Shown here: piece by piece, positions 41,260 to 54,897 of the stretch
Layout of the letters: every line of letters begins with the position of its first letter
Numbering within the stretch: the first letter of the stretch is position 1
Assembly: GCA_964016885.1 (NCBI GenBank)
Contig: OZ024751.1
Span: 4,650,001-4,714,000, forward strand
DNA length: 64,000 nucleotides
Direction of reading: 5' to 3'
Source: Eledone cirrhosa
Taxonomy: Eukaryota
The notes under the pieces: model-generated
The model's database searches: none
Told to the model about the DNA's origin: nothing
Seen by the model: only the letters and a program-made list of their open reading frames with translations
Made by a program: the position numbers and the translations under genes

Positions 41260-41450
41260 TCGGACAACAGGCTTTGCAGCACAGAGTTACGCCCCTTTCT
41301 GATCTGAGTTCAAATCCTGCCGAGGTTAACTTTGCCTTTCATCCTTTACGGGGTCGATAAAATAATGTACCAGTAACGCATTGAGGTCGATTTAATCGAC
41401 TTTCCCCTTTCCCCCAAATTATTGGCCTTCTTCTTAAATCAGAATCCATT
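41260..41450 (+). mobile_element. Family-A SINE
   Basis: GAGTTCAAATCCTGCCGAGGTTAACTTTGCCTTTCATCC...; further copies at 42208-42418, 47730-47880, 48050-48175 and 50383-50572. Confidence 0.8.
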
Positions 41451-41559
41451 ATTCTCTCTTTCAAAATACAGCCGTCCAATTGGCATTAAACATTTGATGA
41501 ATCATCACTTACATTTTTATTTTTACTTTTTTACCTGTTCCAACGGAGGGGCTGAGGCC

Positions 41560-41900
41560 ACGCTGGGGTATCACCGTTGTAGCTACACTTTCTATAGCCG
41601 TCTTTCCTTTGGTGTCCACTTGGGTGACCACAGCTGCCAGGATTTATGTTTTTGGCTAACTGTGGAGGATCACCTGCATACTTAAACAGTAAAAATCAAG
41701 TTCCATTTTGAAAAATATGTTTATCCTCCCCATGTAGATCTCCCAGTTATTTTGGCAGCATATTAAAGGTTTGGGGCCCTTGAACTCCAAGCTATTGCAG
41801 TATTTGATCCGTATTCTAAATGTGGTGGACGGGACTTTTGGCACTACAGTGACGTCATGTTCACGAGTTTGTCCAATTCTCAATACCAATGTTTCGGACT
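41560..41900 (-). mobile_element. Decayed CR1/L2-like LINE 3' fragment
   Basis: Minus strand YCNSLEFKGPK/FNxLP..FKMELDF..V.D.P-like residues. Confidence 0.45.
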
Positions 41901-42809
41901 AGTGAACAACCTATTTCCCCTCCACCCCACCCCTTAAACATCGAGTGTTAGTATTATTTCTATCAGTACTAAATATATTGCTTTTGTTCGTCAGCTCATA
42001 ACATTCGAGACGGTTGCTTCTGACAGGACCTGCTGGGAGGAGTGTTGGAGGACTCTGTCTTCATGACCCTCTTGGGAATAAGTGGGTGAGGAAGAAGAAG
42101 ACGACGAAAAAGAAGAAGACAAAGAATAATAATAATAAGAAGAAGAAGAAGAATAAGCTCCTAACATATTTGAACAGCGTAAGAGTTAAACAATTCATTT
42201 TTTCTTTATTGGCAGTGTCGGTAGCGCGTCGGACACCATGCTATTCGGCATATAATTACGGCCCTTTACGTTCTGACTGAGTTCAAATCCCGTCGAGGTT
42301 AGCTTTGCCTGTCATCCTTACGGGGGTCTATAAAATAAAGTACCAGTCACGTACTGGAGTCGATTTAATCCACTTTCCCCTCGCCCCTGGCCTTGTGCCT
42401 AAATCAGAACCTATTATTGAAATTGAGCTCTTAGTCGTATGATGTTTCTAGCTACCCACCCTAAACCCCGCACGGTAAAATAAAAAAAATAAAAAAAAGC
42501 AGAACCAGAAACTAACAAGCCCTAAACATTGGATCTACGTCGTAGATATAGTTTCTCATGCAAATTTGTTTAGTGAGTTTATTTCGTAATGATGCCCACT
42601 CCTATTAGCTTTACAACAGCAAATAATCCGATTAGATTGTGGTAACGTTCTCAATAAAAAAGCTTATTATTATTATTATTATTATGTACTGGGTAATTGC
42701 TGGCCTTGCGCCAAAAGTAGAAACAATTATTATTATTATTATTATTATTTTTTCATTTTTTTCATCTTCGATTAAATACTGAATCGATTAACTAGAGTTT
42801 ATTGTTTGG

Positions 42810-42854
<45 letters not shown>

Positions 42855-42865
42855 ATGTATGACGC

Positions 42866-43407
42866 ATGGTCGGGTCGTCGGCGACTAAACCAGCAACCCC
42901 ACCAAGTTTACTTGGTGAGGAGGGTGATTTTGGACACCCTGCAGGACAAAAAACAAAACCTGACAAAGGGCGGAAGAACTCATAAGAGTCAACGGGCATC
43001 CAAAAATGTGTAAATATGTATATACACATGTACATATGTATGTGTATGTATATGCGCGGGGACATAGAAATAGTCGGGCTGGATACCCGATCGCGCGGTT
43101 AAACCACTGGGAGTGAAGGACCCCTAGCCTTTGTCAGGGCATTCTTCTAAGAGAAGGCAACTCAGGAAACTGGGATAACTCCGACATAAAACCTGCGGCT
43201 CAGTAGTTACCGATGATGTTGATCTTTTCTTCTTTTCTGCTTATAGCTACTGTCGCTCAGAGAGTGGGATTGGTTCAGTGCACAGTCTTTCCTTACTTTA
43301 AAAAACATCTTTGCGCACAGGCATTGCACGATAGAATTAATTAATAATGACTAATAATGGTATATCGTGCAATGGCCATACTCGATAACGAGAGGGCAGC
43401 CATCATG
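42866..43407 (+). mobile_element. Non-autonomous RTE-derived element (5' UTR-like part plus RTE 3' terminus)
   Basis: Matches reverse complement of 19452-19610; ends TGGCCATACTCGATAACGAGAGGGCAGCCATCAT-(GT/AT)n. Confidence 0.7.
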
Positions 43408-43598
43408 TATATATATATATATATAACTTACTGGTGATATATAAATATATATATAACTTACTGGTCATATATAAATATATATATAACTTACTGGTCATAT
43501 ATATATATATATATACACGTGTGTTTAATGGTAGCTATGGTACTTCCATAGCCGGTATGCCAGTTGAACACTCAATGTTCTTACAGAGCAGAGTGTAA

Positions 43599-43816
43599 AT
43601 AATATAAACAAACGAAAAATCAGTGATGCATCTAGACTCAGTTTATTGCGTGTTACAATTGTTTCGCCGGCATAAAGCATTGCATGTGTCCGAAGAACCT
43701 GGAGCTGTAGAATCAGGCAGATCCATACAATGATCATGCCTCGAGCTATCTGCCGGCGAAACAATTGTAACACGCAATAAACTGAGTCTAGATGCATCAC
43801 TGATTTTTCGTTTGTT

Positions 43817-43824
<8 letters not shown>
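43599..43824. repeat. Perfect ~74-bp inverted repeat with hammerhead 3' half (GAAACAATTGTA)
   Basis: Arms 43599-43672 and 43751-43824, abutting (TA)n. Confidence 0.9.
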
Positions 43825-43882
<58 letters not shown>

Positions 43883-43885
<3 letters not shown>

Positions 43886-44323
43886 TTACCTTAAATAGCA
43901 ACTACACAGCCGTTTCTATTCTCCATATATTTCATCATGTTTTTCGCTGTGACCATTCTTCTCTCCCCTTCTACCTCCCTATTTCACTACTTTCTACTCT
44001 CACCCCGCTTTCTTCCCCCCGCTTTCTCCCTATCTACTCTTACCCCACATTGCTCGGTTTGTTTGTTTATTTCGCTGTTTTGTTACCGTTTTCTCTTTTC
44101 TTCCCTTTTGTTTTCCTTCCCTCCCTCCTCCGTTTTCCCAATAACTTATCTAGTTATTGACGCCCTGGGGTGAGATATCTTGTCTTTAAAACGTAGAAAT
44201 ATCCGAGACCCCCAGTAGACAACTGATGAGGAAAACTCCCCCCCCCCCCGTTCTTGCTTTCTTCGTATTCCCACTGCATTTTAAGTTACCTTAAATAGCA
44301 ACTACACAGCCATTTCTATTCTC
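43883..44323 (+). mobile_element. pLTR-like unit with ~40-bp terminal direct repeat and truncated hammerhead core
   Basis: AAGTTACCTTAAATAGCAACTACACAGCC at 43882 and 44283; CTGATGAGGAAAACTCC at 44223. Confidence 0.55.
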
Positions 44324-44404
44324 TCTCTATATATATATGTATATGCACATGCCAACAATAAACTCAAGTTAATTGATTGAGTAGTTAATACACACACACA
44401 CACA

Positions 44405-44444
<40 letters not shown>

Positions 44445-45199
44445 CACGTACACAGTTCCATATAACTCATGTATGTACAGTACATAGTCAGTAGATGACG
44501 AACATCTATAGAAAAGCGAAAAGCTAGAATAATGTTTAGAATAATAGAAAGCCAAGATGCATTATACGAGTTATGAAAATCAACAAGTAGCTCAGACAAG
44601 TTGTTCAGTACAGATCAATGATATTTTAGAAACTTTTTAGTAGACTTCATAGCAAATCATTATCAGTTCAAAATCGAAAGTTGCTGTATTGACAACTGAA
44701 ATCTTCCTTTGACAACAAAATTAACCTTTTTTAAGTGTTTTTTTTTTCATTTTTTGGGGTTGTATGTGTGTATTTTGGGTTACTTTTGTGTTTTTTGGGG
44801 GGTTATTTTTGTGTATTTTGGTTATCTTGTGTTTTTTTTTTAGTTATTTTGGTGTTTGTTTGGGGTTATTTTGTGTTTTTTTTGTTATTTTAGTGTATGT
44901 TTTTTGGGTTATTTGTGTGTTTTCGGTGGGGGGGGGGGGGGGGGGGGGGCTACTTTTCTTATTTTTGTGTATTTTTGTGTGTTTTGTGGTTATTTTTTAT
45001 GTTTTATCATTTATTTTAAAAGCTCAATATAATTATAGCAATTGCTAATGGTAAGGAGTTTTAAAACAGAATCTGTAAATGGATTGAGTAAGAAATAAAT
45101 ATATTATAGCTTGGGAGGTGGAGAGATAGGAAAATCAATGGGAGTAAATAAGTCAGTCAGATGTTAAAGAAAGGTTTGGTGGGCTGTGTGTGTGTGTGC

Positions 45200-45256
<57 letters not shown>

Positions 45257-45261
45257 CATGT

Positions 45262-45322
<61 letters not shown>

Positions 45323-45337
45323 GATATGTGTGTGGAT

Positions 45338-45378
<41 letters not shown>

Positions 45379-45379
45379 G

Positions 45380-45425
<46 letters not shown>

Positions 45426-45531
45426 GTATATATATTGATTCTTTTTGTTAATCATGGTGATGTTTCTTGTACACAAAGGAAATGGTTGCTGAACAAAGAG
45501 AGAAAGAGATGAGGGTGAGTGTAATAGAGGA

Positions 45532-45569
<38 letters not shown>

Positions 45570-46091
45570 TGTGTGTGAGAGAGAGAGGGAGAGAGAGAGA
45601 GGGTGTGGTGACAGAGGAGTAGGAGTGGGGGATGAGTATGAGGATGAGGAAGGTGATAAGGAAGAGAGAGAAGAAAAAGAGGAGAAGAGGATGAGGATGA
45701 GGAGACAGAGGGAGAAGGGATGGAAACTATAGATTGCGTGAATGTGTGTAGAGGCAAAGCCTCTCAGTCACAATATATAATCGGACAAGACACTTGTCTA
45801 ATGATCCTAAGGGTGAGCAGGTGAAACTCCAGCGTAACAAGGCTTATTGATTTGACATAATAAATGAATATTTAAACTCTACTTGCGTACTGAATACTTT
45901 TTCTCATGTCTGTCAATAACACACGAGTTTATATATATAGTGACGAAAACATAAGTCAATTGCATGAACTCAAAATCCTTTATTTCGATGATAGCCATTG
46001 ATGGCTATGACCTCATCAGGCAGTTAGTCAGTTCTTAGATATGCCAGCTCTGTCTTTATAGTGTTGATGGTATCAGAGCCTTGACACACAG

Positions 46092-46171
<80 letters not shown>

Positions 46172-46176
46172 GTGTG

Positions 46177-46411
46177 TGTTACCAAACACTGTCAATTATA
46201 TCATAATTTAATTTACATATGTTTCATCCTTCTGGGACTCGGCGGAATTAAACAAGTATTTAAAATGTAAACAAAATGTTCTCCGGTATGTTTTGATTTT
46301 AGATGTGATGAACTTATTGAGGTATTTATATCTTGTTTAATTCCGACGAGTCCCAGAAGGATGAAACATATGTAAATTAAATTATGATATAATTAACAGT
46401 ATTTGGTAACA
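46177..46411. repeat. Inverted repeat (~80-bp arms), each arm containing a hammerhead-like fold
   Basis: TTTAATT-ccgacga-gtcc(cagaa)ggat-GAAA-C-ATAT-GTA-AATTAAA at 46336-46381 (+) and its mirror 46207-46252 (-); core U>C change; related remnant at 9517-9590. Confidence 0.85.
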
Positions 46412-47320
46412 TATTTAATGTAAAATTTGTTCTACGTGTGGATACGCTTGCACATTATACACACATATATACACAGGTTAAAACGGATACACACTGTTAT
46501 AAATATACGGAAACACACGCACGCTCCCATTGGTAATACATACACACAAAAAAAAAACACAGGCACAAATCGAAACACGCGCGCGCGCGCGCACACACAC
46601 ACACACACACTTATATATATTTGTGTGCGTTTGGAGATAAGCAACGTGGTTATATACGTTCTCTGGATCTTACCAACATATTCGATAGTATCCAATAATA
46701 TAAATACACTCTTATTTTTCATCCGGAGAGAGAGAGAGGGAGAGAGAGAGAGAGAGAGAGCGCGAGCGAGAGAGAGAGCGTATGTGAGAGAAAAATAGAT
46801 GGAGAGAGGGGGAGAGAAAGAGATGGAGAGTAAGAGAGAGAGATGAGATGGAGAGTGAGTGAGAGAGAGAAAGAAAGAGATGGAGAGTGAGAGAGAGAAA
46901 GAGAAAGAGATGGAGTGTGAGAGAGAGAGAGAGAGAGATGGAGAGTGCCTGAGAGAGAGAGAGAAAGAGAGTGAGAGAGAGAGAGTGTGAGAGAGAGAGA
47001 TAGTGTGTGTGTGTGAGAGTGTGTTATGTATAAAAAATCCTTAAATAGATTATAATTATCACGAATACCAAAAGTTTCGAATAATGTAGGTGGCGCCAGT
47101 TGTATGTTCAGGTCTTGGATAATGTATTACATGTAACTTTCACAGGCCGATTGATCGGGTTGAGTGATTGTATATCTTATAACAAGATTGGACTTCCGTC
47201 AGTGTCATCGATGAGTCTTACAGTTGTTCGATCAACAGAACAGTCTGCTTACTATGAAATTATCGTGAAAGTGACTGACAGAGTATTCCACTCACACGTG
47301 TACCTTATAACGTAATTTTC

Positions 47321-47710
47321 AGGGACCTATTGATCGAGCTAGGATCCCATTGATTAAACCAGGGATATATTGATCGAACTAGGGACCCATTGATAGAACC
47401 AGGGACCTATTGATCAAGCTAGGGACCTATTGATCGAACTAGGGACTTATTGATCAAACTAGGGACGTATTGATCAAGCTAGGGACGTATTGATCAAGCT
47501 AGGGACCTATTGATCGAACTAGGGACCTATTGATCAAGCTAGGGACCTAGTGATCAAACTAGGGACCTAGTGATCGAACTAGGGACCTAGTGATCGAACT
47601 AGGGACCTATTGATCAATCTAGGGACCTATTGATCAAACCAGAGACCTATTGATCGAACTAGAGACCTATTGATCGAACCAGGGACATATTGATAGAACT
47701 AGGGGTCTAT
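47321..47710. repeat. Minisatellite, 20-bp unit AGGGACCTATTGATCRAACT, ~19.5 copies
   Basis: Strict 20-bp periodicity with substitutions only. Confidence 0.95.
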
Positions 47711-49112
47711 TGGTTGCGAAGTGTACTTCATAACTGTTTAGCCATACAGTGTCCTGGTTCTGTGTTCAAATGTCTTGAAGGCGGACTTCGCCCTTCACAC
47801 TTCCGAAATCGATAAAATAAGTGCCAGTAACGTATTGGGCTGATATGATTTAACACAGCTCCTCTTAAAATGTGGTGGCCTGGAATTAAGGGTACACGTG
47901 TTTGTGAGGTGTTCAACTATTTGCTTGTTAATTTGATGAACAAGCTGTTCTGTTGTTCAAACAACTGGAACACTTGTCGTAATTGACGGAAGTCCAACAA
48001 TAACGTAAATAGCCTCATATCACCGAAAGTTAAGGATGATAGATAGCCAGAATCGGTAGCGCTACCGGATAAAATAGATTGTGGCGTTGAGTTATGTCCC
48101 TTTACACTTAGAGTTCAAATCTCGCCGAGTGTGACATTAACTTTCATCAGACTTGGGATCGATAAAATAGATACAATGGACGATATAGTCCCCTTAAACT
48201 GTAAGAAGTTAAGGGCTGAAACTCTCGCGTGAGTGGGGTTCTTCTCTGAAGACCTTCTGTCCAGTTCTCCTGAGACTTTCTTGCCACTATGTCTTCCACA
48301 CTAAATTAATTGGGGGATTTGGGATCATTTTAGAAATCAGTCATGGCTACTATCTCCAGATGAACTTACAATCTCATGTCATAGAACTCCAATGAATTTA
48401 TAATCAACTAATTTGGGACTGAACTACTGTACAACTGCCTCCCCCCTCTCTCTCTCTCTTTCTCTCTCTCTCTCTATATATATATATATCGTTCTCAGAT
48501 CATTTCTCTCTCTCCGTGTCTCTCCTACTCTTCTCCCCGCCATATTTAACTTTCCAAGCAAGAAGCAATGTTACTGACATTGTTAAATATAAATAAAAAT
48601 AAACTTTGTTTGATTCGTTTTTTTCGATATTTGGGTTTGTTTTTTCCACTCTCGCCAAATCCAGATTTTCTAAACCGGAAACAATGCATTAATAAGCAAG
48701 ACATAGTGGTGCCACTTTATAGCATCAACAGAAACGTACTAAAATACTAAAAAAAAAAAAATATATAATTTCGATCTAGAATTCGTTTGCTATTCACTTC
48801 TGTCTCTGATCTTAGTAACTTAATCAATTTGGTTTTTGTAGTTGCAGTTCGTTTGTTTTTATATATCATCTATTTGATACATGTTAAATAATCAGATTCG
48901 TGTCGAGTACAATGGAGTTTTAAGGTATAATTTGATAATATTTCTATTAATATTTTCGTTGCCAATTTTCCTTGTTCATCACACTGTATGGCAATCAAAT
49001 TTCGACATTAGCTTTGAACCAGCAACGCATAATACACTTTTAATAGACAGTAATTAATTGAAATAGTGGGGATTTCATTAGAAGTACCGTTACGAAAGAG
49101 TTAAGAGAATAT

Positions 49113-49400
49113 CTTTCTTCTTCTTCTTCTTCTTCTTCTTCTTCTTCTTCTTCTTCTTCTTCTTCTTTCATTTCTTCCTGAGAGGGTCGTGGGGGCAGAG
49201 TCCTCAAACACTCATTCCAGTGGGTCCTGTCAGAGAAGCAACCGTCTGCAACCGATCCTGCTGGATCCCCCAAGCGAGAGACCAGCCGAGCTCACGGATG
49301 TTATCCAACCATTTTGCTCGAGGTCTACCTCTGGGTCTTTTGCCGGTTGGCGTTTGCCCGTAAAACCAGTCCAGGGATTCTTTCCTGAAAACATCCTCTA
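49113..49400 (-). mobile_element. Short RTE 3'-end fragment with (GAA)n tail
   Basis: ORF 49204-49413 GKRPRGRPRAKWLDNIRELGW. Confidence 0.78.
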
Positions 49401-49555
49401 GAAAACCAAACATTTACATCAACCAAAGAACACAAGTTCATAATCAACTTCAATCTCATTTAAGTGTTAGTCAGCTTCGAGGTCCCAGCGGAGGATAGAA
49501 TGAAAAAAACAACAACCTTGTTTTGGAAGATGGCGAGGGAGACGTGCAGGAACAG

Positions 49556-49728
49556 CAGACTTGCCAGCCTCTAAAAATTCAAACGGGGGAGTACCATGAA
49601 AAAAAATTCACCAAAACGGGGAGAAATGAGGAAAAATGGGGAGATTTTACATAATGAAAACTATACCCATATTCATCCCAAAGTGGGTAGAAGATCTCCC
49701 CGACAGACGGGGAGGGTTGACAGGTCTG
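49556..49728. mobile_element. Small MITE, family unassigned
   Basis: CAGACTTGCCAGCCT / AGGGTTGACAGGTCTG termini; flanks GAACAG / GAACCG. Confidence 0.5.
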
Positions 49729-51073
49729 GAACCGTTACTCCACCTTGTCGGGCCCGCTTTTACGGGTAACCAGCTCCGCCCCAATAGCAGTGAGTAAGGT
49801 TTGTGGTCCGAGAGCTAATAATGCCGGTAGTTTCCATAGCCACAGGCTCGACCAAAACAGTTACATGAGAAATATTCTTTTAAATAGCGACGAGATCAAA
49901 GTAAAATGCAAAGCGAAACATTAAAAGCAAAAATAGTCTTTGATAAAAATGTAATATAAGCGATCCAGATTTTTGTGTTTAACAGTGTTTAGACTTTTTA
50001 AGAGTTTATTTATTTATTTTTAGACAGATTCATATTTTTATCGATCGATGTTTAAATTTTCTCATTTGCCTTCTATAGAAAACCCAACACAAAGCCAATG
50101 ACATATACATATTCATTTTTAAAATAAAATTGTATATTTTTTTGTCTATTGTTACTATTTTTCTCTTTTTTATTTTTCAATTTTTTTGGGGGGGGGGGGG
50201 GGGGTTAGTATTCTCCAGAGGAAACTTGAATAAATTCAGTAAAAAGTTATCAGTTCAACTTTTAGTCAGAAACGATTCAGTTTCCTTAAAATGGTAATTT
50301 TTAATTTTGAAACTGGAGAAATGGTTTAAAAAAGAACTACATCCTTACATCCTAGCCAATTTATCCTTCCAGTCAAAATATTGGTTTCTGATTTAGGCAT
50401 AAGGCTAAAAATTTAGGGGAAGGGAAAGTCGATGAATTGACCCCAGTGCATTACTGGTACTTTATTGTATCGACCCCGTCAGGATGAAAGGGAAAGCTAA
50501 CCTCGGCAGGATTCGAACTCAGGGCCGTAACTCTATGCAATACATTATGTTGTCTGACGCTCCACCGATACTATTTCTGGCAGTTTATCCTATCAAACTT
50601 TGTTTATGATGGCAACTATATTTTGAAAGAAGAAGAAGAAGAAAATGTTGTGGACCACCTCTGAAAAAAGTTGTGCATCACAGCATAAGTGAATTTAGTC
50701 TCTGTCCAACATAGCACACAATGGAATCGAACCGAGGACCTAATGAATACGAAGCGAACATCTTAAACATTCGGTCATGCTGTATCTACATAGGTGCAGG
50801 AATATACTAATGAGATAGCATGCAGTGCAATAGTCTGCAGTTAAATTCTAGGAGCTATTGAAAACGAGTCAGGAATATAACGACAATTATCGGTCAGTCA
50901 CTCTTTAAGAGAAACTAATAGCTTTACCGTTTCATATAAAGCCGGATTGATAATCGATATGACTTGCACAATGTAGATTCTATCAGTCAAAAATTTATGA
51001 GTTCGATTGAACTTCACATAATGTATACAGACACACACACACGCATATATATATATATATGCAATATACATAT

Positions 51074-51177
<104 letters not shown>

Positions 51178-51220
51178 TGATATTAAATAAATGGAAACTA
51201 TATTTATAAAACCATATTTA

Positions 51221-51281
51221 TTTTATTATATATATTTCAAGGGTAACCAAGACAACATTGGTACGCTTTCATCAGATAAAA
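51221..51281 (-). ncRNA. Type I hammerhead ribozyme
   Basis: TTTTAT-CTGATGA-aagcgtacc...ggttaccctt-GAAA-t-atat-a-TA-ATAAAA; flank matches 6201-6250. Confidence 0.75.
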
Positions 51282-51414
51282 TACAAAGTTTGTTTTATAA
51301 ATAGAGACGTACTCATGAAAATCATACCTTATCGGTTGGAAATTCACTGGGTAGTATATATAGATATATATATATATACATATATAAACCTTATCTGTTG
51401 GAAATTCACTGGTA

Positions 51415-51473
<59 letters not shown>

Positions 51474-51563
51474 TATACATATATATATATACATATATAT
51501 ACATATATATACATATATATACATATTTATTATATATACATATATCATAAATATATATATATA

Positions 51564-51648
<85 letters not shown>

Positions 51649-51670
51649 CATATATATATACATATATATT

Positions 51671-51966
51671 ATATATAAAAGAAGAAATTAAAAGATGGTT
51701 AAAAAAGTTCCATATATTTTATTATGGGCATTTCGAAAACAACATCATCCTGGGACAAAAATTGTGTTCTCATCAGATAAAATAAGGTAACATGATATGT
51801 AGAGTGGACACTTTCTTGTTCACAAGTGTTTTTAGGCCTCATATGTTACCTTATTTTATCTGATGAGTACACAATTTTTGTCCCAGGATGATGTTGTTTT
51901 CGAAATGCGCATAATAAAATATATAGAACTTTTTTAACCATCTTTTAATTTCTTCTTTAATATATA
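51671..51966. repeat. Inverted repeat (~120-bp arms) carrying two divergent intact hammerheads (51717-51782 -, 51854-51919 +)
   Basis: TTTTAT-CTGATGA-g(t/a)acacaa...ttgttttc-GAAA-T-GC(G/C)C-A-TA-ATAAAA in both arms. Confidence 0.88.
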
Positions 51967-52891
51967 CTCCAGTTCTACCAACTGTTGAGTGTTACTTATC
52001 TGATATATGCATAGTTTTATTGTTCTACAATATTACCCACCTTCTACATATATATATTATATATATATATATATATACAATTATATCTACATATCTCACA
52101 TTAGCACTCATGATCTCTAACAGATGAATTTAATTCTAAGTACATTATCTTTTTACCCCTACACTCCTTGAAATCTTATTTTCCTCTTATTATTATTATG
52201 ATCATCTCAATGTATTCCTAATATTATTCATCATGTTCTCTCTATCTACCATGCATATTTTACTATTTTATTACTTTTATTGTCTCTATTATTGTTGTTA
52301 TTATTGTCTTATTTATACACTATTTGTTATTGATGTTGTGAAAACTAAACCTCCATGATTCGAACTAACAATCCCAACTTTTAGAATAGGCCACTTAAAT
52401 AACGAATCTACAACTCCACTTAACACCACATAAAAACTATATATTTCTTCGCATCCTATCATTCTCACTAAATTAATACAACGAAAATGTTTATCTGTCA
52501 AACAATAAATAAATCTCCGGTTTATGGCCAACGTGCCCTCGTACCTACAACAAACGCTTATACCTCATAAATCCTGCCTCCAAGTACATTTTATCAGTTA
52601 TCTCTTCACCACCTTAACACTACATCTAATGTACCCTATACCAGTTTTCACATGTCAATTTCATACATATGTATCATATCAGTTCGTTTAACATGCTAGA
52701 TTCATCATTATACTCTATTTCTTACTTATATTGATGTTATTATTTTAACTATTCAGTATCTAGTTATTTTATTATTGATATTATTGTTCTGTTTTAATAC
52801 CACTCCTCTATAAAAGCCATGCCTTGTATATCTTCTTCACTTTCGAATAAAGCCCTTATTGTATAGCGAACCATGTCACTCTTCTTTCTTG

Positions 52892-52931
<40 letters not shown>

Positions 52932-52940
52932 CATATATAC

Positions 52941-53055
<115 letters not shown>

Positions 53056-53063
53056 TATACATA

Positions 53064-53106
<43 letters not shown>

Positions 53107-53448
53107 CATACTTATATACATATATATATATATTATAAATACATATATACAGGATTTGTTCCATGTATCTACCGTGGTTCGGTCTGGGGACAGAGGCATT
53201 TTTACCATAGCAGTAGATTTGCCCATGTCGCCACGTGACCTTTCTAAAAATAGAAGGTCAAGTAATATAAAATACGTTTGCATATCGAGGGCTCAATCTT
53301 TCGTAATTACAATTCAGACTCAGATAACTATATATTAGTCGACTGGATACGCACGTGTGCTGTTTCTCCTCCCCCATCTTTTTCTCATTTCCCCCGTTTC
53401 TTCTTCTCACCACTCTTTACTTTCTATTTATCTTCTATTTCTAACTCT

Positions 53449-53486
53449 GTCTTCTGATGAAAGACTAGTGTCCGAGACGTTAAGAC
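53449..53486 (+). ncRNA. Minimal hammerhead with one core mutation (GAAA>GAGA)
   Basis: GTCTT-CTGATGA-aagac(tagt)gtcc-GAGA-C-GTT-AAGAC; lies between inverted arms 53275-53330 and 53664-53722. Confidence 0.6.
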
Positions 53487-53605
53487 TCTCTTCCTGCTAT
53501 TTCAAGCGTTGCAGTAATATATTTTTTCCATCTACTGTGCCGTTTGTTTTGTTAATTTTGTTATTTCTGTTTACCTTTTAAACACACACACACACACACG
53601 CACGC

Positions 53606-53668
<63 letters not shown>

Positions 53669-54547
53669 TGTCTGAGTGTGAATTGTAATGACAAAAAAAA
53701 TGAGGCCTCGATATGCAAACATAGTGGTATCTTATATGACTTGAAATACATGTATTCGCTGGTGCTGAGAGTTTCATAATGGCGTCCGATTAACCGTAGC
53801 AGTTTAATCTCGCACCATCAATCTCTCTCTCTCTCCTGCTTTCTTTCCTTCTTTCTTTATATATATATATATATATGACCAAAAGTTAAACAATATATAT
53901 ACATGCGCATATTTGAGTTGCATATTTATGAATCTATCAGTGTGTGTAGGAGGGTGTCTATATTAGGGGGAGAGAGAGAGAGAGTGTGTGTGTGTGTGTG
54001 AGAGTGTGAGAGAGAGTGTGTGTGTGTACGTGTGCTAAGGAGAATGAGAGAGAGAGAGAGTGTGTGTATGCGTGTAAGAGAGAGAGTGTGTGTGTACGTG
54101 CGCTAAGGAGAATGAGAGAGAGTGTGTGTGTGTGAGAGAGAGGGAGAATGTGTGTATGTGTGTGGTAAGAGAGAGGGAGAGTGTGTGTATGTGTGTGAGA
54201 GAGAGGGAGAGGAGTGTGTATGTGTGTGTGAGAGAGAGGGAGAGTGTGTGTATGTGAGAGAGAGAGAGAGAGTGAGAGAGAAAATAGACAAAAGCTAATA
54301 TTGTTGACGATAATGGAACGATCGAATACTATCGATATGTGATTATTCAGTAGTCAATATTTCTAAAAGTTGACATCAACACCACAGTTATTATACATCA
54401 ATACAAGTTTATTCTGGTATCTAAGTACATGAAGCAATTAGGATTGTCGACATCTTGCTTGTATGAATAGCAGCTATTAACTGTCGTCTGCTTCATGAAT
54501 GCCATCCCGACTCTTGTCCTTGTTGCGATATTCGCCATTGTTTTGCC

Positions 54548-54822
54548 TTACTCTGACCATGCTGGTTAATTTGAAGAGGAGAGGGGTGCCCTCGAAGTGT
54601 CGGGTGAATCAGGATTGGTGGGGTACTTGAGTCGCCCCTTGGGTGGTTCACGCTCCCTATTGGGGAATTTATTTTGTTATTTTAATACATATTTTATTTT
54701 TATATAATTTTTTATTGTTAAATTGGTTTTGTGCATTTTTACTCAATCTTATTGTAAACCCCCACTGTCCCTGTCTTTGTATTGTCTCCTACATGTCGGC
54801 CCTTGTGGCCAATAAATGAAAT
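54548..54822 (+). mobile_element. Tx1/L1-like 3' UTR fragment
   Basis: Collinear with 59802-60065 (TACTCTGACCATGC...CAGGATTGGTGGGGTAC...CCACTGTCCCTGT...CATGTCGGCCCTT...AATAAATGAAAT); followed by (TGA)/(ATT)n. Confidence 0.85.
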
Positions 54823-54897
54823 GATGATGGTGATGATGATTATCATCATCATCATTATTATTATTATTACTATTACAATTATTAATATTATTATTAA

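Noticed and set aside
47321-47710. CRISPR-like 20-bp repeats
   Set aside because: No spacers; simple minisatellite.
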